57,519 bases of DNA, from NCBI GenBank assembly GCA_035650735.1, contig DASRGZ010000123.1:1-57519 (forward strand), in the 5' to 3' direction. Source of the stretch: Chthonomonadaceae bacterium (GTDB lineage Bacteria > Armatimonadota > Chthonomonadetes > Chthonomonadales > Chthonomonadaceae). The notes beneath the pieces were generated by a model. The model was not told the origin of the DNA. It searched no databases and saw nothing but the letters and a program-made list of their open reading frames with translations. Positions 39,524 to 48,432 of this stretch are shown piece after piece (the stretch's first letter is position 1; each line of letters starts with the position of its first letter). The position numbers and the translations under genes were made by a program.

Positions 39524-39727
39524 TCCCCCGTCCATGCACCACAGACGCTCGGTTGGTCTGCTTGTGCTCCTGCTGGTTGGGGCTTATTGGTAGGTCCTGC
39601 CTGGCTGACCTATGGGGATGGCAGGAGGCACGCCTGAAACCATCCGCTCCAGAGACAAGTCAACCAAAGGGAAGGCACAACGCCAGGCCGGTCGGATGAG
39701 AGCGGACACAGCCGAGAGAGGCAGGTG

Positions 39728-40169
39728 ATGGATGGCATGTTCTCCTTATTCTGGATTTTCTTCGCGATCGTTTTCCTGCTTATCATCGGGACTTTCCTTA
39801 CCGTGCTCGTCAAGGGGTAGTGTCCCTCTACAGAGTTGATAAGGTCATCGGCGACGAAGTATCAACTCTCTATGGGTACACTACCCGTCAAGGGGATTGG
39901 GGAATGGGCCTCCAATAACCAGAAGCCTGTGGAAACCGTCCAGGCGCGTGTGGTTGCCAAGCGCACCAACGTCAGTGGCTATTGCCGGAATAAATCAGAC
40001 CGGCAGCAGCACTTCGACTTCGTATTATGTCACCTTCGAGTTTAACGGTGGACCGCGACAAGAGTTTAGGGTTGCCGGGCAGGAGTATGGCCTCCTGGCG
40101 GAAGGGGATGCCGGAGAGCTTACCCATCAAGGCACGCGCTACAAGGGATTTGAGCGGCGTATATCCTGA
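39728..40169 (+). pseudogene. DUF2500-family gene disrupted by a MITE and a frameshift
   Basis: N-terminal TM..LVKG|GIGEWASNNQKP..ARVVAKRT; then in another frame YYVTFE..EYGLLAEGD..QGTRYKGF. Confidence 0.85.
39816..39885. mobile_element. 70-bp MITE, IS1-like GGTAGTG ends, 8-bp TSD
   Basis: 26-bp TIRs (22/26); TSD CGTCAAGG at 39808-39815 and 39886-39893. Confidence 0.92.
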
Positions 40170-40234
40170 GGCCGGCAACACGGGCAGTATAACCGTAGAG
40201 TAGAAGCAGCCTGCGGGTTAGGGCGGAGGAGTAC

Positions 40235-41602
40235 ATGGCGAGCGGGAGTCTGGCGGAGCGTTTGAGCGCGTATGCGGCGGGATTGCAATTTGAGGACCTG
40301 CCGCCGGAAGCCGTGCATGAGGCCAAGCGGCGCCTGCTGGATACGCTGGGGTGCGCAATGGGGGCCTATACTAGCGAGCCGGCGGCCATCGCGCGCAAGC
40401 TGGCGGCGACCGTCTCCAGCACGTTTCCGGCGACGGTGATCGGCACGGAGCAGCAGACTTCCCCGGAGATGGCGGCGTTTGCCAACGGCGTGCTATTCCG
40501 CTATCTGGATTATAACGATACCTACCTCTCGAAAGAGCCAGCGCATCCCAGCGATAATCTTGCCGCCGTGCTGGCGGTCGCCGAGCCACAGCGGGCCTGC
40601 GGCAAAGAGATCGTCACCGCGACCGTCCTCGCCTATGAGATTCAGTGCCGCCTCTGCGACGCCGCCAGCCTGCGCGCCCGCGGCTGGGATCACGTCACCT
40701 ACGGCTCCTTCTCCACGGCGCTGGCGGCGGGCAAGCTGCTGGGGCTGACGGAAGAGCAGCTAACACACGCGCAGGGATTGGCTGGCGTTCCCAACAACGC
40801 CATGCGGCAGACGCGCGTGGGGATGCTCTCGCACTGGAAGGGCTGCGCGTTCGCCAATGCCAGCCGCAACGGCGTGTTCGCCGCGCTGCTGGCAAAATAC
40901 GGCCTGACCGGTCCCTCGGAGGTGTTTGAGGGCGAAATGGGGTTCTGGAAGCAGGTCTCCGGGCCGTTCACGCTGGAGACGCTGGGCGGCCAGGATACGC
41001 CCTTCATGATCAACCAGACCTACATCAAGTTCTATCCCGCCGAGTACCATTCGCAGAGCGCCATTGACGCGGCGCTGGCGCTGCGCCCGCAGCTTGGCAG
41101 CGTGGATGAGATCGAGCGGATTACAGTCGAAACCTTCAACGCAGCCGTCGAGATCATCGGCAGCGAGCCGGAGAAGTGGCATCCGACCACGCGCGAAACT
41201 GCCGATCATAGCCTGCCCTACTGCGTGGCCGTGGCGCTGATGGATGGCCGCGTGACGCTCAACTCCTTTGATGAGGCGCACCTGCGCGACGCGCGGCTGC
41301 TCTCCCTGATCCAGAAGATCGAGGTTCGGGCGGATGAGGAGTTGAACCGCCGGTATCCTGAGGGCATTCCCAACCGGGTGCGCATTCACACCCGAAGCGG
41401 CGAGACGCTGGAGCAGGAGGTTACGTTTCCACGCGGTCACGCCCGCAACCCGATGACCGATCAGGAGGTCGAGCTTAAGTTCAAAACGCTGGCCGAGCCG
41501 CTGCTGCCCGAGGCGAAGATCGGCGAGATCCTGGACCGCTGTTGGAATCTGGAGCAGCAGGCCGACATTAGGGCGCTGCTCCAGCTTTTGGCCGTACCGT
41601 AA
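40235..41602 (+). CDS. prpD: 2-methylcitrate dehydratase (MmgE/PrpD)
   Basis: RYLDYNDTY..AHPSDN, GWDHV, SHWKG, YPAEYHSQ, RETADHSLPY. Confidence 0.93.
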   Translation: MASGSLAERLSAYAAGLQFEDLPPEAVHEAKRRLLDTLGCAMGAYTSEPAAIARKLAATVSSTFPATVIGTEQQTSPEMAAFANGVLFRYLDYNDTYLSKEPAHPSDNLAAVLAVAEPQRACGKEIVTATVLAYEIQCRLCDAASLRARGWDHVTYGSFSTALAAGKLLGLTEEQLTHAQGLAGVPNNAMRQTRVGMLSHWKGCAFANASRNGVFAALLAKYGLTGPSEVFEGEMGFWKQVSGPFTLETLGGQDTPFMINQTYIKFYPAEYHSQSAIDAALALRPQLGSVDEIERITVETFNAAVEIIGSEPEKWHPTTRETADHSLPYCVAVALMDGRVTLNSFDEAHLRDARLLSLIQKIEVRADEELNRRYPEGIPNRVRIHTRSGETLEQEVTFPRGHARNPMTDQEVELKFKTLAEPLLPEAKIGEILDRCWNLEQQADIRALLQLLAVP

Positions 41603-41704
41603 TACCATGGGGGCCATTCGGATAGAGTGTGAGAGGCCAGGAGCAATGCGCTTGGATTTTGAACAAGTCCTAGCAATGAGATCGGCGGCTCGAAGGGAAA
41701 GGAC

Positions 41705-42436
41705 ATGATGCTAAACCTTGCGTTCGATGCTCCTCTCGCGACCGCGGTCATCGCGGCCATCCATCACGGTGATGTCGAAGGGCTGAAGCGTCTGCTCGTT
41801 GAAAATCCCGGCCTGGCGACGGCGAGAATCGTTGCCGCCAACGGAGGCGAGCGCTCTCTTCTTCACATCGCGACCGACTGGCCGGGACACTTTCCCAACG
41901 TTGCTGCGACTATCGCCGCGCTGATCGAGGCTGGAGCGGAGGTCAATCCGCCCATGAGCGATCCGCCCAGCGAAACGCCCCTCCATTGGGCGGCAAGCAG
42001 CAATGACGTGGAGGCGATTGATGCCCTGCTCGACGCTGGGGCGGACATCGAGGCGCCGGGCGCGGTTTTCACCAATGGTACTCCGATGTCGGATGCCGTG
42101 GTGTTCGCCCAATGGAAAGCCGCACGGCGGTTGCTTGAGCGCGGCGCGCGGACGACGCTGTGGCAGGCGGCGGCATTGGGCCTCTTAGACCGTGTCGAGG
42201 CGGAGTGCGCGGCTCACCCTGCGCCCTCGGTGGACGAGATTACCAACGCCTTTTGGCACGCTTGTCGGGGTGGGCAACAGGAGACGGCGCGGTATCTTCT
42301 TGAGCAGGGCGCGGACCTGAACCGCATCGTGCATGGAGGCCAAACGGCGCTACAGGCGGCCCAGGAGAGCGGCAACGAGGCATTGGTGACTTGGTTACGC
42401 AGCCTCGGGGCGAAGGAGGCCGCCGAGTTGCAGTGA
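41705..42436 (+). CDS. Ankyrin-repeat protein
   Basis: RSLLHIA, ETPLHWAAS..LLDAGADI, YLLEQGADLN, QTALQAA. Confidence 0.9.
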   Translation: MMLNLAFDAPLATAVIAAIHHGDVEGLKRLLVENPGLATARIVAANGGERSLLHIATDWPGHFPNVAATIAALIEAGAEVNPPMSDPPSETPLHWAASSNDVEAIDALLDAGADIEAPGAVFTNGTPMSDAVVFAQWKAARRLLERGARTTLWQAAALGLLDRVEAECAAHPAPSVDEITNAFWHACRGGQQETARYLLEQGADLNRIVHGGQTALQAAQESGNEALVTWLRSLGAKEAAELQ

Positions 42437-42530
42437 TTTGGCGTGACGGAGGCACGCCCTTATCCGTTCGATGGATTGACATCCGCCCTCCGCGCCGAGA
42501 GTGTATCAGGTCTGTTTTTGAGGTGAGTGC

Positions 42531-43412
42531 ATGGCAATGCGATCGACGGGCGCCGCGCTGCGGGAGCGTTTGAAACAGGGGACGCTCGTGCTGCCCGGCG
42601 TCTTCAACGCGATCACGGCGCAGTTGGCGCAGCAGGCCGGCTTCGAGGCGCTCTATCTGAGCGGGGCCGGCGTGACCAACAGCCTGACCGGGTATCCCGA
42701 CATCGCCCTGCTGACCCTGACCGAGATGGCCCAGCAGGCCCGCTACGTCGCCCGCGCCGTCTCTCTGCCCGTGATCGCCGACGCCGATACCGGCTATGGC
42801 GAAATTCTCAACGTGGCGCGCACGGTCGAAGAGCTTGAGCACGCCGGACTGGCTGGCCTGCACCTGGAAGATCAGGTCGCGCCCAAGCGCTGCGGCCATC
42901 TGGAGGGCAAGCAGGTCATCCCGCCCGGCGAGATGGCTAGAAAGATCCGCGCCGCCGTGCGCGCCCGCTCCGACCCCGATTTCTTCCTCATCGCCCGCAC
43001 CGACGCCCGCAGCGTTCACGGCCTACAGGACGCCATTGACCGCGCCAAGCGCTACCTCGACGCGGGCGCGGACGCCATTTTCCCCGAGTCGCTGCAAAGC
43101 GCCGACGAGTTTGCCGCGTTTGCCGCCCAAGTCCGCGCGCTGCTGCTTGCCAACATGACCGAATTCGGCAAGACGCCCTATCTGGGCGTGGAGGAGTTTG
43201 CCCGGCTCGGCTACGCGATGGTGATTTTTCCCATGACGGCGTTTCGCGTGATGATGAAGGCGGCGCGCGAGGCGTATGAGGAATTAAGGCGGACGGGGAC
43301 GCAGGTCGGATTTCTGGAGAAGATGCAGACGCGGCAGGAGCTCTATGAGCTGATCCGCTACGCAGATTACGAACGGTTCGATAGGGAGATCGCGGAGGAG
43401 GATGCTCCGTGA
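42531..43412 (+). CDS. prpB: 2-methylisocitrate lyase
   Basis: YLSGA, DADTGYG, EDQVAPKRCGH, IARTDA, LANMTEFGKTP. Confidence 0.95.
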   Translation: MAMRSTGAALRERLKQGTLVLPGVFNAITAQLAQQAGFEALYLSGAGVTNSLTGYPDIALLTLTEMAQQARYVARAVSLPVIADADTGYGEILNVARTVEELEHAGLAGLHLEDQVAPKRCGHLEGKQVIPPGEMARKIRAAVRARSDPDFFLIARTDARSVHGLQDAIDRAKRYLDAGADAIFPESLQSADEFAAFAAQVRALLLANMTEFGKTPYLGVEEFARLGYAMVIFPMTAFRVMMKAAREAYEELRRTGTQVGFLEKMQTRQELYELIRYADYERFDREIAEEDAP

Positions 43413-43439
43413 GAGCGTCCTCCCCGTGCGGAGAAGACG

Positions 43440-44570
43440 ATGATGACTACTACCTACAGTCCGGGGCTGGAAGGCGTGACCGCCGGGATTTCGGCCATCT
43501 CGGAGGTCAACGCCGAGCGCAACATGCTGATCTATCGCGGCTACGACATCCACGACCTTGTGGAGCACTGCACCTTTGAGGAGGTTGCCTACCTGCTGCT
43601 GTTCGGCAAACTGCCCAACCGGCAGGAGTACGATGCCTTCCGGCAGCGTCTGGCCACCGAGCGCGCCGTGCCGGAGGGCATCTACGATCTCTATCGGCGC
43701 CTGCCCTCCGACGCGCACCCGATGGATACCCTCAAGGCGGCGGTGGCCGTCCTTTCGATGTTCGACCCGGACTACACGCAAAACACGCATGAGGCCAACC
43801 AGAACAAGGCGATGCGCCTCCTGGCCCGCATCCCAACGCTGGTGGTTAATGGCTATCGGATCACCCAGGGCCTGCCGCCCATCGCGCCCGATCCCTCGCT
43901 GTGTCACAACGCCAACTTCTTCTACATGCTGACGGGCAAGCCGCCCAACGATCTATTCGGCCACGTCTTCAACGTTACCCAGATCCTCTACGCCGAGCAC
44001 GGCTTCAACGCCTCCACCTTCGCTGCACGCGTCACCGTCTCCACGCTCTCCGACCTCTACTCCGGCGTCGTTTCCGCCATTGGAACGCTGAAGGGGCCGT
44101 TGCACGGCGGGGCCAACGAGGCGGCGATGGAGATGCTCCTGGAAATCGGCGAGCCGTCGAAAGCCGCCGAGTGGGTGCGGAACGCCCTGGCGCAGAAGCA
44201 GAAGATCATGGGCTTCGGGCATCGGGAGTATAAGAAGGGCGACGAGCGGGCCAAGATCGTCAAGCAGTACGTCATGGAGCTTGGAAAATACGTGGGCAAC
44301 ACGCGCTGGCAGGAGATGTCCCAGATTATCGAGGACGAGATGCTCCACGCCAAAGGACTCTATCCCAACGTGGATTTCCCGGTCGCCAGCGCCTACTATC
44401 TGATGGATATTCCCATCCCGCTCTACACGCCCATCTTCGTGATGAGCCGGATCACCGGCTGGTGCGCCCACATCATCGAGCAGTTGGACAACAACCGCAT
44501 CATCCGGCCGCACAGCGAGTACAACGGGCCGCGCGGCCTCCAGGTGGTGCCGATGGAGGCGCGCGACTGA
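43440..44570 (+). CDS. prpC: 2-methylcitrate synthase / citrate synthase
   Basis: YAEHGFNASTF, GPLHGGANE, MGFGHREY, PNVDF; follows prpD and prpB. Confidence 0.88.
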   Translation: MMTTTYSPGLEGVTAGISAISEVNAERNMLIYRGYDIHDLVEHCTFEEVAYLLLFGKLPNRQEYDAFRQRLATERAVPEGIYDLYRRLPSDAHPMDTLKAAVAVLSMFDPDYTQNTHEANQNKAMRLLARIPTLVVNGYRITQGLPPIAPDPSLCHNANFFYMLTGKPPNDLFGHVFNVTQILYAEHGFNASTFAARVTVSTLSDLYSGVVSAIGTLKGPLHGGANEAAMEMLLEIGEPSKAAEWVRNALAQKQKIMGFGHREYKKGDERAKIVKQYVMELGKYVGNTRWQEMSQIIEDEMLHAKGLYPNVDFPVASAYYLMDIPIPLYTPIFVMSRITGWCAHIIEQLDNNRIIRPHSEYNGPRGLQVVPMEARD

Positions 44571-44577
44571 GGGCTTA

Positions 44578-44668
44578 GAGCGTCTAACAAACCCGTTCTC
44601 CTTCTCCCTAGCAGGGAGAGGGCCGGGGTGAGGGTAGAAGCCCTACAGCCAAGTTTCGTTAGGAACTC
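44578..44668. mobile_element. 91-bp MITE, IS5/IS1031-like ends, TTA TSD, REP hairpin cargo
   Basis: TTA|GAGCGTCTAACAAACC ... GTTTCGTTAGGAACTC|TTA; homologous to outer element at 52593-52788. Confidence 0.88.
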
Positions 44669-44673
44669 TTAAT

Positions 44674-45672
44674 ATGGCTAGCGACGTCTTCAGGGCTATC
44701 GTCGTGGATAAGGCGGACGGCCAGACGCAGGCATCTCTGCAGGAGATGCCGCTGGCCGCGCTGCCGGAGGGCGACGTGCTGGTTTCCGTGGCCTACTCCA
44801 GCCTCAACTACAAGGATGGGCTTGCCGTTACGGGGCAGGGCAAGGTGATCCGCCGCTATCCGATGGTGCCGGGAATCGATCTGGCCGGGACGGTGGAGCG
44901 GTCGGACTCGCCGCGCTTTCAGCCGGGCGATCAAGTTATTCTCACTGGCTGGGGCCTTGGCGAGCAGCACTGGGGCGGCTATGCGCAGAAGGCGCGCGTC
45001 CAGGCCGACTGGCTGCTGCCGCTGCCGGAAGGGCTGAGCCTGAAGCACGCGATGGCGCTGGGCACGGCGGGGCTGACGGCGATGCTGTGCATCATGGCAC
45101 TGGAAGCGCACGGCGTCCGGCCAGAGGGCGGCGAGGTCGTGGTGACGGGCGCGGCGGGAGGCGTGGGCAGCGTGGCCGTAGCGCTGCTGGCGCGCTATGG
45201 CTACCGTGTGGTCGCCTCGACGGGGCGGCAGGCCGCGCATGCGTACCTGCGATCCCTGGGCGCTCAGGATATTCTGGATCGCAGCGTGCTCTCCGCGCCC
45301 TCGGAGAAGCCGCTGGAGTCGGCGCGCTGGGGAGGCGCGGTGGATACGGTCGGCGGCGACACGCTGGCGGGGCTGCTGCGAACGATGGGCTACGGCGGCT
45401 GCGTGGCGGCGTGCGGGGTGGCTGGAGGCAGCGCCCTGCACACCACCGTCTTTCCCTTCATCCTGCGTGGGGTGAGCCTCATCGGGATCGAGTCGGGGCA
45501 GTGCCCGCAGGAACGGCGGCGGGAAGCCTGGGAGCGGCTGGCGCGCGCCCTTCCGGCAGAGACCTTAGAGCGCATGATGCAGGTTGTGCCGCTCGATGCC
45601 GTTTTCGATCTCAGCCAGGAGATTTTGCAGGGGCGCATCCGGGGCCGCGTCGTCGTGGATGTGAATGCGTGA
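44674..45672 (+). CDS. acuI: Acryloyl-CoA reductase AcuI/YhdH (MDR family)
   Basis: YSSLNYKD, PGIDLAG, GTAGLTAML, TGAAGGVGS, PFILRGV. Confidence 0.88.
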   Translation: MASDVFRAIVVDKADGQTQASLQEMPLAALPEGDVLVSVAYSSLNYKDGLAVTGQGKVIRRYPMVPGIDLAGTVERSDSPRFQPGDQVILTGWGLGEQHWGGYAQKARVQADWLLPLPEGLSLKHAMALGTAGLTAMLCIMALEAHGVRPEGGEVVVTGAAGGVGSVAVALLARYGYRVVASTGRQAAHAYLRSLGAQDILDRSVLSAPSEKPLESARWGGAVDTVGGDTLAGLLRTMGYGGCVAACGVAGGSALHTTVFPFILRGVSLIGIESGQCPQERRREAWERLARALPAETLERMMQVVPLDAVFDLSQEILQGRIRGRVVVDVNA

Positions 45673-46011
45673 CCTAACCCCCCCGTTCCGGCAGGCTAAA
45701 CCCTGCCGCTGTGGGGCGCAGAGCGCCCGCCGACTGCCAGGGTCGGCGCTGCAACGGTTCGCGCCACTGCGAGGGTCGCAACTGCGCTCGCTCGCTCCTC
45801 CGCCTAGCGACACCTGGCGACACCCTTGTGGGCTAGACTCTCTGCCTGCGCAGGCAGAGGCAAGCCCTGGCTTCTGTTCTCCCCTCCCCTAGAATTGGGG
45901 GAGGGGATGAACGGGTGGAGGCCGCTCCCCTCTCCCGCAGCGTGGATCGCAAGGCGGAGGGGCGAACCATTGTAGCCCCGACCCTGGCAGTAGGGGGCAG
46001 GGGGTGAGGGC
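45673..46011. repeat. REP-like mosaic with three 45-bp units (45733-45820 nested pair; 45947-45991 single, minus strand)
   Basis: Alignment by eye to uninterrupted modules at 170-302 and 27849-28020. Confidence 0.9.
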
Positions 46012-46054
46012 TTTAGCCGCTCCTAAGCTCGCAGGATGGGTGAGAGCAAGAGAC

Positions 46055-48355
46055 ATGTTAAACGAGAAGAGCGTGACTGGAAAAGCGGTCGTGATCGGGG
46101 CGGGGACGATGGGCGGCGGGATCGCGGCCCAACTGGCCAACGCGGGCTGGCAGGTGCGCCTGCTCGATGTGCCCGGCCCGGACCCGAGCGATAAGAAGAC
46201 GCGCAATCAGATCGCGGCGGCGGGGCTGGATCGCGTACTCAAGAGCCGCCCGCCGCTGCTCTACCTGCCAGAGTTTGCCGAGCGTATCCGCGTTGGGAAC
46301 ATAGCCGACGATCTGGAGAGCCTGCGCGACGCCGATTGGGTGGTAGAAGCGGTGGTGGAGAAGATGGAGGTCAAGCAGGCGGTCATGGCCCAGATCGCCG
46401 CGCACGCCGGCCCGGAGACCATCCTCAGCAGCAACACGAGCGGCCTGAGCCTCCGCGAGATGACCGCCGCGCAGAGCCAGGAGTTTCGGTCGCGCTTTCT
46501 CGGCACGCACTTCCTCAACCCGCCGCGATATCTGAAGCTTCTGGAGGTCATTCCGCTGGCCGAAACCCGCCCGGAGGTAACAGAGGGCTTTCGGCGCTTC
46601 GCCGAGCGCGTGCTGGGGCATCGCGTCGTGTTTGCCCGGGACACGCCCGGCTTTATCTCCACGCGCCTCTGGATCACGCACCTGCTGGATACCATTCACA
46701 CGGCCCTGGAACAAGGGCTGAGCGTGGAGGAGGTGGACTATCTCACCGGCCCGCTGATCGGACGCCCGCGCAGCGCCACCTTCCGCATGGCCGATCTGGT
46801 CGGGCTTGACATCATCGCCGACGTGGCCCGCAACCAGTACGAGCGGCTGCCGCAGGACCCCTATCGCGACCGCCTGCGCCTGCCCGACATCCTCGACTAC
46901 CTATTGCAGGAAGGCAAGACGGGCGAGAAGAGCGGCGCGGGCTTTTATTGGCGCCAGGGCAGTACCCTGATGGCACTCGATCCACAAACGCGCCAGTATC
47001 GTCCCCGTCAGGAGTTCCGGCTAGAGGCGGTCGAAGCGCTGTCTCGGCTGCCGCTCTCGCAGCGTTTTGCGGCCCTGCGCCAGCATAACCAGGAGCGGTG
47101 GGGGCAGTTCTTAAACGCCGTGCTGGACTCTTTAAGCGCCTATGTGGAGCAGGTCGCCCCGGAGATAGCCGCCGACGTGCTCTCCGTGGATCGGGTGATG
47201 CGCTGGGGCTTTGGCTGGGAGATGGGGCCGTTCGAGATCATCGCGTGCCGACGCGAGGCCGCCGACGCCGCCCCGCGCTACTACAGCGGCGCCGGCCGGG
47301 AGCGCATGTACCGCGTCTTTGGGCAGGGCGCGCTCCAGCCGATGCCCTCGGAGCCAGAATACATCTGCCTGGCCGACCTGAAGGCGGCAGGCAAAACGAT
47401 CCTGGATTCGGAGGTCGCCTCCCTGATCGACCTGGGCGAGGACGTGGCCTGCCTGGAATACCATACCAAGATGAACACGTTCAACCCGGCGCTGGTCGCC
47501 TTCGTCCATCAGGCGCGCGAACGGGCGGAACGGGACTTCGCCGCGCTGGTCATCGGCAACCAGGGGCCGCACTTTTCGGCAGGGTACGACCTGAACCTGT
47601 TTCTGGAGACGATGGCGGCGGAGGATTGGGGCCGGCTGGATGCGCTGCTCCATGACGTGCAGTACGCCTTCCTGGGCTTGAAGTATGCGAAGATGCCGGT
47701 CGTGGCGGCGGTGCATGGCTACACGCTGGGCGCGGGCTGCGAGGGCGCGCTGCACTGCGCGGCCCTGCAAGCGGCCCCGGAACTCTACATGGGACTGCCG
47801 GAACTCAATGTGGGCGTGATTCCGGGGGGCGGCGGAACGAAGGAGATGCTGGCGCGCGCCATGGCCGATTGGGACGGCAGCGGCGACCCGTTTCCGCGCG
47901 TGGAGCAAGCGTTTGACCTCATCGCGTTTCCGAAAAATTCCAGCAGTGCCGAGGAGGCGCGCAAGAGGGGCTTGCTGCGGCCCACGGACGGCATTTCCCG
48001 CAACCCCGACCGCCTGCTGTTTGAGGCTAGAGCAAGAGCGCTCGGGTTGGCGAACGCGGGCTATGCGCCGCCCGTAAAGGAAACTATCTGGGTAGGAGGC
48101 GAGGAGACCCTGGCGCGGCTGCGGCTGAAAATCCACTGGCAGTTTCGGGCTGGCGCCATCAGCGCGCACGACCGCTTGATTATGGACAAGTTGGCGTTTG
48201 TGCTGAGCGGGGGCAATCTGCCCTACGCGCAGGAGGTAAGCGAGGACTATCTGCTGCAACTGGAGCGCGAGGTCTTTGTGGCGCTGGCCCACGAGCCGAA
48301 AACCGCCGAGCGGATGCGCCACGTACTCGCCACCGGCAAACCGTTGAAGAATTAG
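46055..48355 (+). CDS. 3-hydroxyacyl-CoA dehydrogenase / enoyl-CoA hydratase (FadN-like)
   Basis: GAGTMGGGIA, EAVVE, SNTSG, THFLNPPRY; C-terminal crotonase FSAGYDL, GAGCE, PELNVG. Confidence 0.93.
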   Translation: MLNEKSVTGKAVVIGAGTMGGGIAAQLANAGWQVRLLDVPGPDPSDKKTRNQIAAAGLDRVLKSRPPLLYLPEFAERIRVGNIADDLESLRDADWVVEAVVEKMEVKQAVMAQIAAHAGPETILSSNTSGLSLREMTAAQSQEFRSRFLGTHFLNPPRYLKLLEVIPLAETRPEVTEGFRRFAERVLGHRVVFARDTPGFISTRLWITHLLDTIHTALEQGLSVEEVDYLTGPLIGRPRSATFRMADLVGLDIIADVARNQYERLPQDPYRDRLRLPDILDYLLQEGKTGEKSGAGFYWRQGSTLMALDPQTRQYRPRQEFRLEAVEALSRLPLSQRFAALRQHNQERWGQFLNAVLDSLSAYVEQVAPEIAADVLSVDRVMRWGFGWEMGPFEIIACRREAADAAPRYYSGAGRERMYRVFGQGALQPMPSEPEYICLADLKAAGKTILDSEVASLIDLGEDVACLEYHTKMNTFNPALVAFVHQARERAERDFAALVIGNQGPHFSAGYDLNLFLETMAAEDWGRLDALLHDVQYAFLGLKYAKMPVVAAVHGYTLGAGCEGALHCAALQAAPELYMGLPELNVGVIPGGGGTKEMLARAMADWDGSGDPFPRVEQAFDLIAFPKNSSSAEEARKRGLLRPTDGISRNPDRLLFEARARALGLANAGYAPPVKETIWVGGEETLARLRLKIHWQFRAGAISAHDRLIMDKLAFVLSGGNLPYAQEVSEDYLLQLEREVFVALAHEPKTAERMRHVLATGKPLKN

Positions 48356-48373
48356 GCCCTCGTCCCGAACAGA

Positions 48374-48410
48374 CCTCACCCCCAGTCCCTCTCCTTGAGA
48401 AGGAGAGGGG
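48374..48410 (+). repeat. REP-like hairpin
   Basis: CCTCACCCCCAGTCCCTCTCCTTGAGAAGGAGAGGGGG. Confidence 0.8.
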
Positions 48411-48432
48411 AGATTCGAACCAATTCTACATT

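Noticed and set aside
39524..39727. Short hydrophobic peptide MHHRRSVGLLVLLLVGAYW after the E2 gene
   Set aside because: Too short and without an RBS; cannot be distinguished from chance or a gene remnant.
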